The notes beneath the pieces were generated by a model, which saw only the letters and a program-made list of their open reading frames with translations, made no database searches and had not been told where the DNA came from. This document shows, in pieces, positions 1-8,892 of a stretch of DNA of 64,000 nucleotides. The stretch is taken from positions 128,001-192,000 of the forward strand of contig CAVRGP010000006.1 in the NCBI GenBank assembly GCA_963720755.1, in the 5' to 3' direction. The number at the start of each line of letters is the position of its first letter. The first letter of the stretch is position 1. Origin of the DNA: an uncultured Chloroflexia bacterium (GTDB taxonomy: Bacteria > Chloroflexota > Limnocylindria > Limnocylindrales > CSP1-4). A program made the position numbers and the translations under genes.

Positions 1-111
1 GCCGGTGACGCCGTCAACGTCACGGTGAGCTACCAGTACCACACGTTCTTCCCCTTGCTCTTCGGACAGACCATCGACCTCGCGTCCACCGTCCAGATGG
101 TCAGGGAGTAG
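1..111 (+). CDS. 3' end of TadE-like pilus protein (partial)
   Basis: Frame 1 reads AGDAVNVTVSYQYHTFFPLLFGQTIDLASTVQMVRE*, a typical TadE C-terminal pattern (VTVxYxYxxxxPL); ends 5 bp before a TadG-like gene. Confidence 0.7.
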   Translation, partial: AGDAVNVTVSYQYHTFFPLLFGQTIDLASTVQMVRE

Positions 112-116
112 CCCGA

Positions 117-1802
117 GTGTTCAAGGTCCGCACTGACGAGAGGTCCACCGTCGAGCACAGTGCGCCGGCGCTCGAAGACCGGCGCCCCCGCCAGCAGGGG
201 CAGATCCTTGTCCTGTTCACGATCGTCCTGGTCGGGATGCTCGCCTTCGCCGCCCTCGTCGTCGATGTCGGGGTGCTGCGGAACGACCGGCAGACGCTGT
301 CGAACACGATGGACGCGGCGGCCCTGGCCGGCGGGACCCTCCTGCCCGTGGACGGCTCCCTGCCCGGGGCTGCGGCGAAGATGAACAACCTGATCGTGAA
401 GATCGTCAAGGCGAACTTCCCCAGCCTGCCCAGTTCCGCGTACACGATCTCGTACATGTGCCTGATCGGCGTGGACACCAGCAGTCCGCCCAAGCCCTAT
501 ATCTCCCGCGATATCCCGCTCGTCTGCGACCCGAGCAAGTCGCTCGGGCGCGCCCCCGTCGCCAGCGACTTCCATGGCGCGGGCCCGACCCGGTTCTCAT
601 CGTGCAACCCGGCCGTCGGCGACAAGTGCAATGTCGTCCAGGTGGCCGGCAACGCGACCACGCCGTTCACGTTCGCCCGGGTCGTCGGCGTCGATCAAGG
701 CAACACCGGCATCGTCACTTCGGCGGCGTGCAACGGTCCGTGCGGTCAGTCGCCGCTGACCCCGGTGGACGTCGTGATGATCATCGACCGCACCGGCAGC
801 ATGAGCGGCCTGGACACGACCAACGCGAAGGCCGCCGCAAACTCGATCATCCCGACCTACGACCCGTCACTCCAGTGGCTGGCCCTGGGCACGCTGGGTC
901 CGAGCGTCACGTCCGGCGGCTGCGTGGCCGGTGGGGCTAGTTCGATCGGGACGGCGAATGCCCCCGCCGACCTGCGCCGATGGGTGCCTATCGGCCTGAG
1001 CGGCACCGGGTCGTCGTTCAGCACGAACTACACCAAGGTTACGAACGCGATCAACTGCTACACGAATTCGAGCACCGGCACGGACCTCGCAGATCCGGTG
1101 ACGATGGCCGTCTATGAGCTGTTGAACAACGGCCGGCCCGGTGTCCGGAAGGGGATCATCCTCGAGACGGACGGCCAGCCGAACAACGCCGTCGGCAGCG
1201 GGCCTAACTATTGCAACCTGGCGGCCGCAGCGGCCACCGCCGCGAAGGCCAAGAACATCGAGGTCTTCACCATCGGGTTCGGGCTCGATGCGGCGAGCGG
1301 CGGCGATCCGAAGTGTCCTGACACCTCGGGTACCTGGAAGGGCCAGACGGCGACCGCGCTCCTCGCCAGCATGGCCACCTCGCCGATCGTCGGGACCACG
1401 ACCTGCGACGCCGCCGAGAACAACGACGGCGATCACTTCTTCTGCATCGGCAAGACGGGTGCCTCGACCGACCTGTCGAACATCTTCAAGGCGGCCGCGG
1501 CCCAGCTCGCCAAGGGCGGTTCGCACCTGGTCCAGCTCTACCCGGTGCCGGTCCTGACGGGTATCGGCCCGAACAAGGGCACCCACCTTGGCGGCACGAC
1601 CGTGACGATCAGCGGCCAGTACTTCACCGGGGCCACCTCGGTCACGTTCGGTGGGAGCTCCGTGAGCTTCACCGTGACGAGCGACTCGACCATCACCGCC
1701 ACGGCGCCGGCCGGAGCGATCGGGAACAGCACCGACATCGTCGTACGGACACCCGGCGGGGCGACCAGCGTCTCCTCTGCCGGCAAGTACACCTGGAACT
1801 GA
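117..1802 (+). CDS. TadG-like pilus protein with vWA and C-terminal IPT/TIG domain
   Basis: GQILVLF..hydrophobic..VVDVG..DAAALAG N-terminus; MIDAS DRTGS and ETDG; ITIGF-like vWA strand; C-terminal GGTTVTISGQYFTGATSVTFGG (IPT/TIG). Confidence 0.85.
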   Translation: MFKVRTDERSTVEHSAPALEDRRPRQQGQILVLFTIVLVGMLAFAALVVDVGVLRNDRQTLSNTMDAAALAGGTLLPVDGSLPGAAAKMNNLIVKIVKANFPSLPSSAYTISYMCLIGVDTSSPPKPYISRDIPLVCDPSKSLGRAPVASDFHGAGPTRFSSCNPAVGDKCNVVQVAGNATTPFTFARVVGVDQGNTGIVTSAACNGPCGQSPLTPVDVVMIIDRTGSMSGLDTTNAKAAANSIIPTYDPSLQWLALGTLGPSVTSGGCVAGGASSIGTANAPADLRRWVPIGLSGTGSSFSTNYTKVTNAINCYTNSSTGTDLADPVTMAVYELLNNGRPGVRKGIILETDGQPNNAVGSGPNYCNLAAAAATAAKAKNIEVFTIGFGLDAASGGDPKCPDTSGTWKGQTATALLASMATSPIVGTTTCDAAENNDGDHFFCIGKTGASTDLSNIFKAAAAQLAKGGSHLVQLYPVPVLTGIGPNKGTHLGGTTVTISGQYFTGATSVTFGGSSVSFTVTSDSTITATAPAGAIGNSTDIVVRTPGGATSVSSAGKYTWN

Positions 1803-1853
1803 CCGCCGCACCCATCATCGTCCCGGCGCCCGAAGACCCGCCGGGACCACTCG

Positions 1854-1888
1854 AGAGGCGCCTTTTCTCCGGGGGGAAGGGCGCCTCT
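1854..1888 (+). terminator. Strong hairpin after the Tad gene (probable terminator)
   Basis: AGAGGCGCC...GGCGCCTCT inverted repeat; a second 9-bp hairpin GTCCCGGCG/CGCCGGGAC lies just upstream; U-tract is weak. Confidence 0.5.
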
Positions 1889-1893
1889 TCGAT

Positions 1894-1922
1894 TTGACGT
1901 CGTTCCGTGGACCGTCAACGAT
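1894..1922 (+). promoter_or_regulatory. sigma70-type promoter of nth (leaderless) with TTGACG/CGTCAA inverted repeat
   Basis: TTGACG-17bp-AACGAT, 6 nt before GTG at 1929. Confidence 0.5.
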
Positions 1923-1928
1923 TGGCCC

Positions 1929-2762
1929 GTGCCGACCGCCAGCCGCACCCCGACCCGCCGAGCGCGGCCCCGCAAGCGCCGCTTCTCCGACCCGGGGCGA
2001 ACCTGGGCGAAGCGCCTCGAGCGGTATCGGCCGGGTCTCGTGGCGTTCGTGCTCGATGAACTCGGGGCCGCCTACGGCCGCCCGACCTGGGAGCGCCGGC
2101 TCGGCCCGACCAGCGAATTGATCCTGACGATCCTCACCCAGAACAGCGCGGACACGAATGCAGAGGTCGCGTTCCAGGCGCTGCGAGATCGCTATCCAGG
2201 TGACGGCGAGGCACGTCCGCACAACCCGGGCAAGGGCTGGGGCGGCGATGGATTGCCGGACGGGGTCGCGCCGGACTGGTCGGCCATCGAGCACGCGCCG
2301 CTTCCCGAGCTGGTCGACACCATCCGACCGGGCGGCCTCGCCAACCAGAAGGCGCCCCGGATCCAGGCCACGCTCCGGAGGATCCGCGAGGAGCGCGGCG
2401 ACTATTCGCTCGAGTTCCTCGGCCAGTTGGCCGCGCTCGAGGCGCGTGACTGGCTGACCGGGATCGACGGGATCGGCAAGAAGACGGCGTCGGTCCTGCT
2501 CCTGTTCTCGTTCGGGCTGCCGCTCATGCCGGTCGACCGGCATGTCGAGCGGGTCGCTCATCGGGTCGGTCTCGTGGGACCCAAGGTGTCGGCCGACGAT
2601 GCCCACGACCTGTTCCTCGGGATGCTCGAACCCGACCAGATGTACGAAGCGCACGTCAACCTCATCCAGCACGGCCGGAAGGTCTGCCACGCGCAGCGAC
2701 CCGACTGCGATCATTGCCCGCTGCGGCTCCGCTGCCGGTACGTGGACCCGAAGGCTCTCTGA
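1929..2762 (+). CDS. nth: Endonuclease III (HhH-GPD glycosylase, 4Fe-4S)
   Basis: TILTQNS, GIGKKTA HhH, PVDRHV, C-terminal CHAQRPDCDHCPLRLRC cluster motif. Confidence 0.85.
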   Translation: MPTASRTPTRRARPRKRRFSDPGRTWAKRLERYRPGLVAFVLDELGAAYGRPTWERRLGPTSELILTILTQNSADTNAEVAFQALRDRYPGDGEARPHNPGKGWGGDGLPDGVAPDWSAIEHAPLPELVDTIRPGGLANQKAPRIQATLRRIREERGDYSLEFLGQLAALEARDWLTGIDGIGKKTASVLLLFSFGLPLMPVDRHVERVAHRVGLVGPKVSADDAHDLFLGMLEPDQMYEAHVNLIQHGRKVCHAQRPDCDHCPLRLRCRYVDPKAL

Positions 2763-2908
2763 GCCAGGTCCGGGACCGCGCGGCCCGGCCGTTCCGCGAA
2801 ATCCGGCGCATCGAGGCACCACGAACCGCGCCGGAGACGGATCCACCCCTAGTCAGGTCCGGGGCCTGCGGCTACCGTTACCGTGTATCCATCTATGAGG
2901 TACCACAG

Positions 2909-3973
2909 TTGATCCAGGAACCGACCCCGCTGACCCCGATGCCGACCGGGTTCGAACCGAGTCCGGCGCCGCGGCGACCGCGCTCATCTGCGCCGTGGCT
3001 CGTCGCCGTCGTCATCGCACTGTTCGTGGGTGCCGTGTCGTTCGCCTGGGTCCTGGCCGCGAGCCCGACCTCCCCGACCGCGGCCGCGGCGGGCGCCACG
3101 GCAGCGGCAACGCCGGCCGCCCCGACAGCGACCAAGGATCCCGACGGCGACAAGTCGGGCAAGGGACGCGGCTTCGGCTGGGCGAATGGCTTGTCGAAGA
3201 TCGGCAAGTTCGGCTTCGGGCAGGACTTCGGCAAGGGCAAGGGCGCCGTGCGCGGGCCGATCACCATCAAGTCGATCAACGGTTCGGATCTCCATCTCGG
3301 TACGGACGATGGATGGACCCGGACGATCACCGTCACCGCCGATACGAAGATCACCAAGGGCGGCCAGACCATCGCGGTCGGTGCCCTCAAGGTCGGTGAC
3401 GAGGTCCGCCTCAACCAGACGCGGAACGCGGACGGCACGTACACGATCACGGCGATCGTCGTGCCGACACCCAAGACCGGTGGCGAGGTCACCGCGGTCA
3501 GCGGCAACCAGATCACCATCAAGAAGCGCGACGGGTCGGCCCAGGTGGTCACGGTGAACGGTTCGACCGTCTACACCCTTGGCAAGGCCGCCGGCTCGAA
3601 GGCCGATGTGACGGTCGGCGTCGATATCGCCGCCGAGGGCACGCTCGTCGGCACCGACTTCACCGCGCTGTCCGTCCATGTCGCCCTGGCGAATGTCGGA
3701 GGCGAAGTGACGGCCAAGAGCAGCAACACGATCACGGTCAAGGGTCGCGATGGGACCGAGACCGTCATCCACGTCTCGTCCACGACGACCTTCAAGGTCC
3801 GGGGCGCGGATCCGGCGACCATCGCCGACATCGCGGTCGGGGACTTCGTCGGGGCCGACGGGGTCCTGCGGGCGAACGGCTCGCTCGATGCGGTCGGCGT
3901 CTTCGGCATCGGCCCGAAAGGCGACTGGGGCAAGCCGAAGCCGTCTCCCACCACGAACACCACCCCAGGCTGA
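2909..3973 (+). CDS. Membrane-anchored protein with three DUF5666-like beta-barrel repeats
   Basis: GAGGT RBS before TTG 2909; one TM segment; repeats GPITIKSINGSDL / GGEVTAVSGNQITI / GGEVTAKSSNTITV each ending in (L/V/I)xVGxxV. Confidence 0.7.
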   Translation: MIQEPTPLTPMPTGFEPSPAPRRPRSSAPWLVAVVIALFVGAVSFAWVLAASPTSPTAAAAGATAAATPAAPTATKDPDGDKSGKGRGFGWANGLSKIGKFGFGQDFGKGKGAVRGPITIKSINGSDLHLGTDDGWTRTITVTADTKITKGGQTIAVGALKVGDEVRLNQTRNADGTYTITAIVVPTPKTGGEVTAVSGNQITIKKRDGSAQVVTVNGSTVYTLGKAAGSKADVTVGVDIAAEGTLVGTDFTALSVHVALANVGGEVTAKSSNTITVKGRDGTETVIHVSSTTTFKVRGADPATIADIAVGDFVGADGVLRANGSLDAVGVFGIGPKGDWGKPKPSPTTNTTPG

Positions 3974-4033
3974 TCGTCCCACCCGGTACGATCGGGGCAT
4001 TGGTCCGCCCGCCTCGCGCCCTACAATGCCGCC

Positions 4034-4654
4034 ATGGTCTGGGACACGGGATTTACCAACGACGGCGGGCTCAGGGACGAAGGCGCTGAACAGCACCGCG
4101 AGCCGATCGAACTCATCGGCACCCACCTTCGGCTGACGGGCACCGTCGCGCTTGGCCGGTTCGGTCGCCTGACCGACTTCGTCAATGCCTCGAGCGGGTA
4201 CATCCGGATCCAGGATGCGCGCCTCCTCCGCCGGAACGGCGATCCGACGAACCTGGTCCTGCCGGAACTCATGGTCGATCAGGACGAGATCTCGTTCATC
4301 GCCCAGCAGGAAGTCCACGCCTCGGCCGAGCTGCACGCCACGGGCTTCATCGAGGATCGGGCCGCAGCAGCGCCTGGCGTCGAGAACCGCACGCCTCGTG
4401 AGTTCGTGATGTTCACGCCTGGCCACACGGTCACGGGCAAGGTCTTCGTGTTCGGGCAAACGGACCTGGCGGGGTTCGTCGACGCCAGCGATCCACGCTT
4501 CGTCCCGGTCAAGGACGTGACCGCACGCTCGCTGGCCGATCGCCGGGTCATCAGCCATTTCCCGTTCGTGCTGATCAATCGCACCCAGATGATCGCTGCA
4601 TCGGAGATCGGGCGAGCGGGCGACGTGAACGCCGACGACGTCCCGGATCTTTGA
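4034..4654 (+). CDS. Hypothetical protein with two tandem DUF6812-like domains
   Basis: Internal duplication (LTGTV..LTDFVN..YIRIQDA..MVDQDEI vs VTGKV..LAGFVD..FVPVKDV..LINRTQM); TACAAT 6 nt upstream. Confidence 0.65.
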   Translation: MVWDTGFTNDGGLRDEGAEQHREPIELIGTHLRLTGTVALGRFGRLTDFVNASSGYIRIQDARLLRRNGDPTNLVLPELMVDQDEISFIAQQEVHASAELHATGFIEDRAAAAPGVENRTPREFVMFTPGHTVTGKVFVFGQTDLAGFVDASDPRFVPVKDVTARSLADRRVISHFPFVLINRTQMIAASEIGRAGDVNADDVPDL

Positions 4655-4705
4655 GGACGTCCCGGCCCGCGTAGTCCAGCCTCCAGCCACTGCTATCCTC
4701 GGACG

Positions 4706-5455
4706 ATGTCGAGCCTCTGGCCGGGTGGGCAGCGGGTGCAGGCCCCCCGGATCCTCATCGTCGATGACGACCCGAACCTGCTGATCCTGCTCGCCGAGCA
4801 GCTCCGAGCGGACGGGTTCGAGACGGCCACGGCCCGCGACGGCGTCGAGGCTCTCAGGCGCCTGGAGATCTCCTGGCCGGACCTGCTGATCATCGACATG
4901 ATGATGCCGCGGATGGACGGACTGTCGCTCGCACGCGAGATCAAGTCGAGGGCGGATCTCCCGGTCATCGTCCTGTCGGCGATCGATGCGGGCGACTCCA
5001 AGGCGGACCTGCTCGAGGAGGTCGCCGAGGACTACGTCACCAAGCCCTACCACTACCCGGAGCTGCGGGCCCGGATCAATCGTGTCCTGAGGCGGCTCGG
5101 CGACAAGGTCCCTCGCCAGAGTCTCGTCCTCGGTCCGGACCTGACCCTGGATCTCCACCGGCGCGAGGCGACGGTCGGCGGTCGGGTGGTCGAGCTGACA
5201 CCGACCGAATCCCGCCTGCTTTATGCGCTGGCCGCCAACCTCGGACAGACCGTGCCGACCGAGTCCCTCCTCGCCCGAGGCTGGGCCGACACGGATGGGG
5301 CCGATCCCTCGTACGTGTGGGTCACGATGCGGCGGCTGCGCCAGAAAGTCGAGGTCGATCCCAACAAGCCGATCCACCTCCAGACCGTCCGTGGGGTTGG
5401 ATACCGACTCGTGTCGAAAGCGACGGATCCCGTGGCTGGGTCGCCCGGTGACTGA
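4706..5455 (+). CDS. OmpR/PhoB-family response regulator
   Basis: ILIVDDD, IIDMMMP, YVTKP; winged helix LTPTE..RRLRQKVE..TVRGVGYR. Confidence 0.95.
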   Translation: MSSLWPGGQRVQAPRILIVDDDPNLLILLAEQLRADGFETATARDGVEALRRLEISWPDLLIIDMMMPRMDGLSLAREIKSRADLPVIVLSAIDAGDSKADLLEEVAEDYVTKPYHYPELRARINRVLRRLGDKVPRQSLVLGPDLTLDLHRREATVGGRVVELTPTESRLLYALAANLGQTVPTESLLARGWADTDGADPSYVWVTMRRLRQKVEVDPNKPIHLQTVRGVGYRLVSKATDPVAGSPGD

Positions 5456-5464
5456 CGGCGACCG

Positions 5465-6883
5465 ATGACCGACGGTGATCGCCCGCCTGGAATGAGCTTC
5501 CGCAACCGACTGACCGGGGCGTTGATGCTCGCGTCGCTGGGGCCGCTGGCCATCTTCGCCATCTTCGTCCTGACCGTCGGCGTCGCGCTGGGTGGGCCGA
5601 CGGCCGATGCGAACCTGGAGCGGCTTCTGCTCTTCGGGTTGACAATCGTGGCGGTCTTCTCGATCCTCGGTTCCTACCTGCTCGTCGGTGACCTGACCCG
5701 GCCGTTGCGCGATGTAGCACAGGCCGTCGATCGCGTGTCGTCCGGCGACCTGTCCACCCCGATCCGGGTCGCCGGCGACGACGAGCTGGCCCGCCTCGCC
5801 GACAGCCACAACACGCTGGCCGCATCGCTCGAGCGGCGCAACCGCGAACTGGACCGGATCCTGGCGGCCATCGAGGCGATGTCGCCCCGTGACGGCGTGG
5901 AGAACCTCGTCCGGCGCGCGGGTGAGGACGCGCGGGTCGCGTTCGGGTTGATCGATGCCGCCGTGATCCTCGGCGATCCGGCGCTGGTGCCCGAGGTCGA
6001 AGCGGTCGCCGGTGAGGTGCGCCAGGTGCGAACCGTCCTCGGCGATGGCAAGGACGAGTTCGGCGTGCTCGTCGGGCGGCTGCCGGCGACTCGGCGCTGG
6101 GAGCCCGCCGATCAGGATCTCCTCAAGCTGTTCACCAGCGAGGTCGCCATCGCCATCAGGAACGCGGAGCTGTTCGGCCAGGTCGAGAGCCAGAACGCCA
6201 AGCTGCTGGAGCTCGATGCCGCCAAGGACGACTTCCTTCGGGGCGTCAGCCACAACCTCCAGACGCCGCTCACGAGTATCCGGGCGTACGCCGAGCAGCT
6301 CGAGGCCGATCATCCCGATCGACGGCTCGCGATCATCTCCGAGCAGGCCGAGCGACTGTCCCGGATGGTCCGTCAGCTGCTGACCGTGAACCGACTCGAG
6401 TCCGGCGCGCTTCGACCACGGGCCGAGGTGTTGTCGCTGGCGACGCGTGCGCGACGAGCCTGGGAAGCGCTCGGCGCCGACGACGTCCAGTTCACCCTCG
6501 ACGATCAATCCGGCGGCTGGCTCGCCATCGCCGACGGGGACCATCTCGATCAGGTGCTGTGGGCCCTGCTCGACAACGCGCTCAAGTACGGCGGGCGAAC
6601 GCCGATCAGCGTCGCCATCTCGGTGGACACGGAGGCGGCGCGCCTGCGCATGACGATCTCCGACCGCGGGCCGGGCATCGGGCCGGAGGATCGGTCGAGA
6701 CTCTTCGCGCGGTTCGCCCGGGGCGACAACGGCATATCGAGCGAGGGCAGCGGCCTTGGGCTCTACGTGTCGAGGGAACTGTGCCGGGCCATGGGCGGCG
6801 AACTCAGCCTCGCCGACGACCACGTCGGGCTGGGCAGCACGTTCAGCATCCGCCTCCCGGGCGAGCCGGGAACCGAGGCGTGA
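5465..6883 (+). CDS. Membrane sensor histidine kinase (HAMP, GAF-like, HisKA, HATPase)
   Basis: 2 TM segments, HAMP (GDDELARLA), H-box SHNLQTPLT, N-box LDNALKY, DRGPGI, GSGLGL. Confidence 0.92.
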   Translation: MTDGDRPPGMSFRNRLTGALMLASLGPLAIFAIFVLTVGVALGGPTADANLERLLLFGLTIVAVFSILGSYLLVGDLTRPLRDVAQAVDRVSSGDLSTPIRVAGDDELARLADSHNTLAASLERRNRELDRILAAIEAMSPRDGVENLVRRAGEDARVAFGLIDAAVILGDPALVPEVEAVAGEVRQVRTVLGDGKDEFGVLVGRLPATRRWEPADQDLLKLFTSEVAIAIRNAELFGQVESQNAKLLELDAAKDDFLRGVSHNLQTPLTSIRAYAEQLEADHPDRRLAIISEQAERLSRMVRQLLTVNRLESGALRPRAEVLSLATRARRAWEALGADDVQFTLDDQSGGWLAIADGDHLDQVLWALLDNALKYGGRTPISVAISVDTEAARLRMTISDRGPGIGPEDRSRLFARFARGDNGISSEGSGLGLYVSRELCRAMGGELSLADDHVGLGSTFSIRLPGEPGTEA

Positions 6884-7144
6884 TCCCTGGCAGCTCAGCA
6901 CGATCCGGCTTCCCCCGGTGATCGAGGCTCTCGTCGCCTCGCAGTCCTTCGTCCCCTCGCGTTCCTTTCACGATGTGCGGAACCGCTAGGGATTCCCCGC
7001 CGGCACCAGACCGGGGACAGGAGGGCAGGACTTCCGGGTGACTTGTCTGCCACTTCTGGGCGACCCACTGTGGACCGATGAAGCGAGCCACCACCGCGAT
7101 CCCGTGGTTCACGAACGCAACGGACGCTGGTGAAATTCAAGAAT

Positions 7145-7190
7145 GGCAAGGTACGGCGAAAGGTTGCCCGGATAGCCTCCGTACCATGCC
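7145..7190 (+). promoter_or_regulatory. Hairpin covering the translation start of the second Tad cluster
   Basis: GGCA-A-GGTACGG (7145-7156) pairs with CCGTACC-A-TGCC (7179-7190), which contains ATG 7186; inner AGGTT/AGCCT helix. Confidence 0.4.
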
Positions 7191-8369
7191 TGCCAATCAC
7201 TCAAGTGACCGGATCGGACCGCGCGTTCCCGCCCGCGTTTCGTCGCAACCCACGCGATCGAGAACCGGCCGCCCGGATCGTCGCTTCGGCCGGGCAAGTA
7301 CGGACCGGTCGCGCGCTCAGGCCCTGGTCGAGTTTGCCCTGATACTGCCTCTGCTCCTGCTGTTCCTGCTGGGGGCGATCGACGCGGGTCGACTGTTCTT
7401 TTCGTACGTTCAGGTCAGCAACGCTTCACGGGAAGCGGCGTCATACGGCGTCGTCTATCCGAACGACACGGCAACGATGACCACTCGGGCCATGCGTGAA
7501 GCGAACGTGCAGGGCCAGGCCGGAGAGAGCACCCTCGTGGTCGCAGCCGTCTGCGCGAATTCAGCAGGGACCACGATCGCATGCGTCGATGCCGCAGGCG
7601 GCGGAGGCGCGGGCAACACCGTGACGGTGAACGTCACGGAGCACTTTTCGTTCCTGACGCCGTTGATCAACACGTTCTTCGGCGGTGGCCTTGACATCAA
7701 GGCCGCATCGACGGCCGCGGTCCTTGGCCTCGCTCCCAATGGCGGCTCGACGCCTCCATCAGGGTGTGCGCCGCCGACCAGTGCCGCATTCACGGTTACG
7801 GTTTCGACGTTTGACGTCACGCTGGATGCGACGGCGGCGACCCCGAACAGCGGTGCATGCGCCATCGCCAGCTATGACTGGGATATGGGCGACGGTCTCG
7901 ATCCATTCCCCCCGTCGTCGGCCGGACAGTCGGGCTATACGTACGCTGGGGCGCAGATCTATGCGATCACGCTCACGGTCAGCAACCCAGGAGGAACGCT
8001 CGTCTCAACGCAGTTCATCCCGGTCGGACCAGGCGCAACCCCGAGCCCGACACCGACGCCCACTCCAACCCCGACCGCAACGCCGACTGCGGCACCGACA
8101 CCGACAGCCCCCGTGTGCAACTTCGTCCCTGACTTCACGCTGGCAAAGTCGCTGCGGAAGCAAGTCCGGTCAACTTCCATGGATCCTACAGCGGCCAGCC
8201 AGTGCCAATCACCTGGACGTTGGGACTATGGCGATAACGACTTCGGATACGGGGCCGGGCATTCCAAAACACCTACCACGTGTACGGGAACTCGAGTAGC
8301 AAGGACGTGGTCTTGACGGTCACGAACGGCTCATGCACCAACTCGGTCACCAAGTCCGTCAAGCCGTGA
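7186..8369 (+). CDS. TadE-like protein with two PKD domains and PT linker; 3' part frameshifted (sequence error or pseudogene)
   Basis: AQALVEFALILP..REAA; PKD motif YDWDMGDG..TY..ITLTVSN; second PKD split over frames (VNFHGSY..ITWT / WDYGDN / VYGNSSSKDVVLTVTNG..KSVKP*) ending at TGA 8367-8369, which overlaps the next ATG. Confidence 0.75.
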
Positions 8370-8875
8370 TGACTGGGCGCAGGCACTCTAGGCGGCGCGG
8401 GCAAGGGCTCGTCGAATTCGCTCTCGTGCTGCCGGTCTTCCTGCTGATCCTGTTCGGGCTCGTCGACGTTGGCCGCCTGGTATACATGAATACCGTGCTC
8501 TCGCAGGCGGCTCGAGAAGCCACGAGGGTGGGGTCGGTCGAGGCCAGCTGGATCGGTTCCACCGACGCGAGTTGTGGAACGACCGGGGGTCCGACCTGCC
8601 CAGCCGATTACAACGCATGGCATGCGGACGTCGCGAGTGCCGCGAACCGCATGGTCACCCCATTCGGGCCGATCCCGATAAACAAGGTGTTCACGAAATG
8701 CACCGCGGTAGCGGCGCCTTCGGGGGCCTGGACCGACCAGACCTGTGGTTCGCCCTCCAACGGCAATCTCATTTCGGTTCGTACAGAACTCACCTTTCGA
8801 CCGATCACGCCAGTCATCGCCAGCATCGTCGGCAATGTGACACTCGCCGGTGCGGCGACCATGTCAATCAATTAG
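8369..8875 (+). CDS. TadE-like pilus assembly protein
   Basis: RGQGLVEFALVLPVFLLILFGLVDVGR..AAREATR; C-terminal FRPITPVI. Confidence 0.9.
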   Translation: MTGRRHSRRRGQGLVEFALVLPVFLLILFGLVDVGRLVYMNTVLSQAAREATRVGSVEASWIGSTDASCGTTGGPTCPADYNAWHADVASAANRMVTPFGPIPINKVFTKCTAVAAPSGAWTDQTCGSPSNGNLISVRTELTFRPITPVIASIVGNVTLAGAATMSIN

Positions 8876-8892
8876 AGAGAAGGCAAGAAATC

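Noticed and set aside
2984-6901. 1305-aa minus-strand ORF and other long antisense/alternate-frame ORFs (e.g. 16869-19148, 53067-55163, 24748-26166)
   Set aside because: Shadow ORFs of high-GC genes or repeats: Arg/Pro/Gly-rich, no motifs, overlapping well-supported genes
7000-7190. c-di-GMP or FMN riboswitch
   Set aside because: Isolated words (GGCAA, GAAA, GGTGAAATTC) without the required order and pairing
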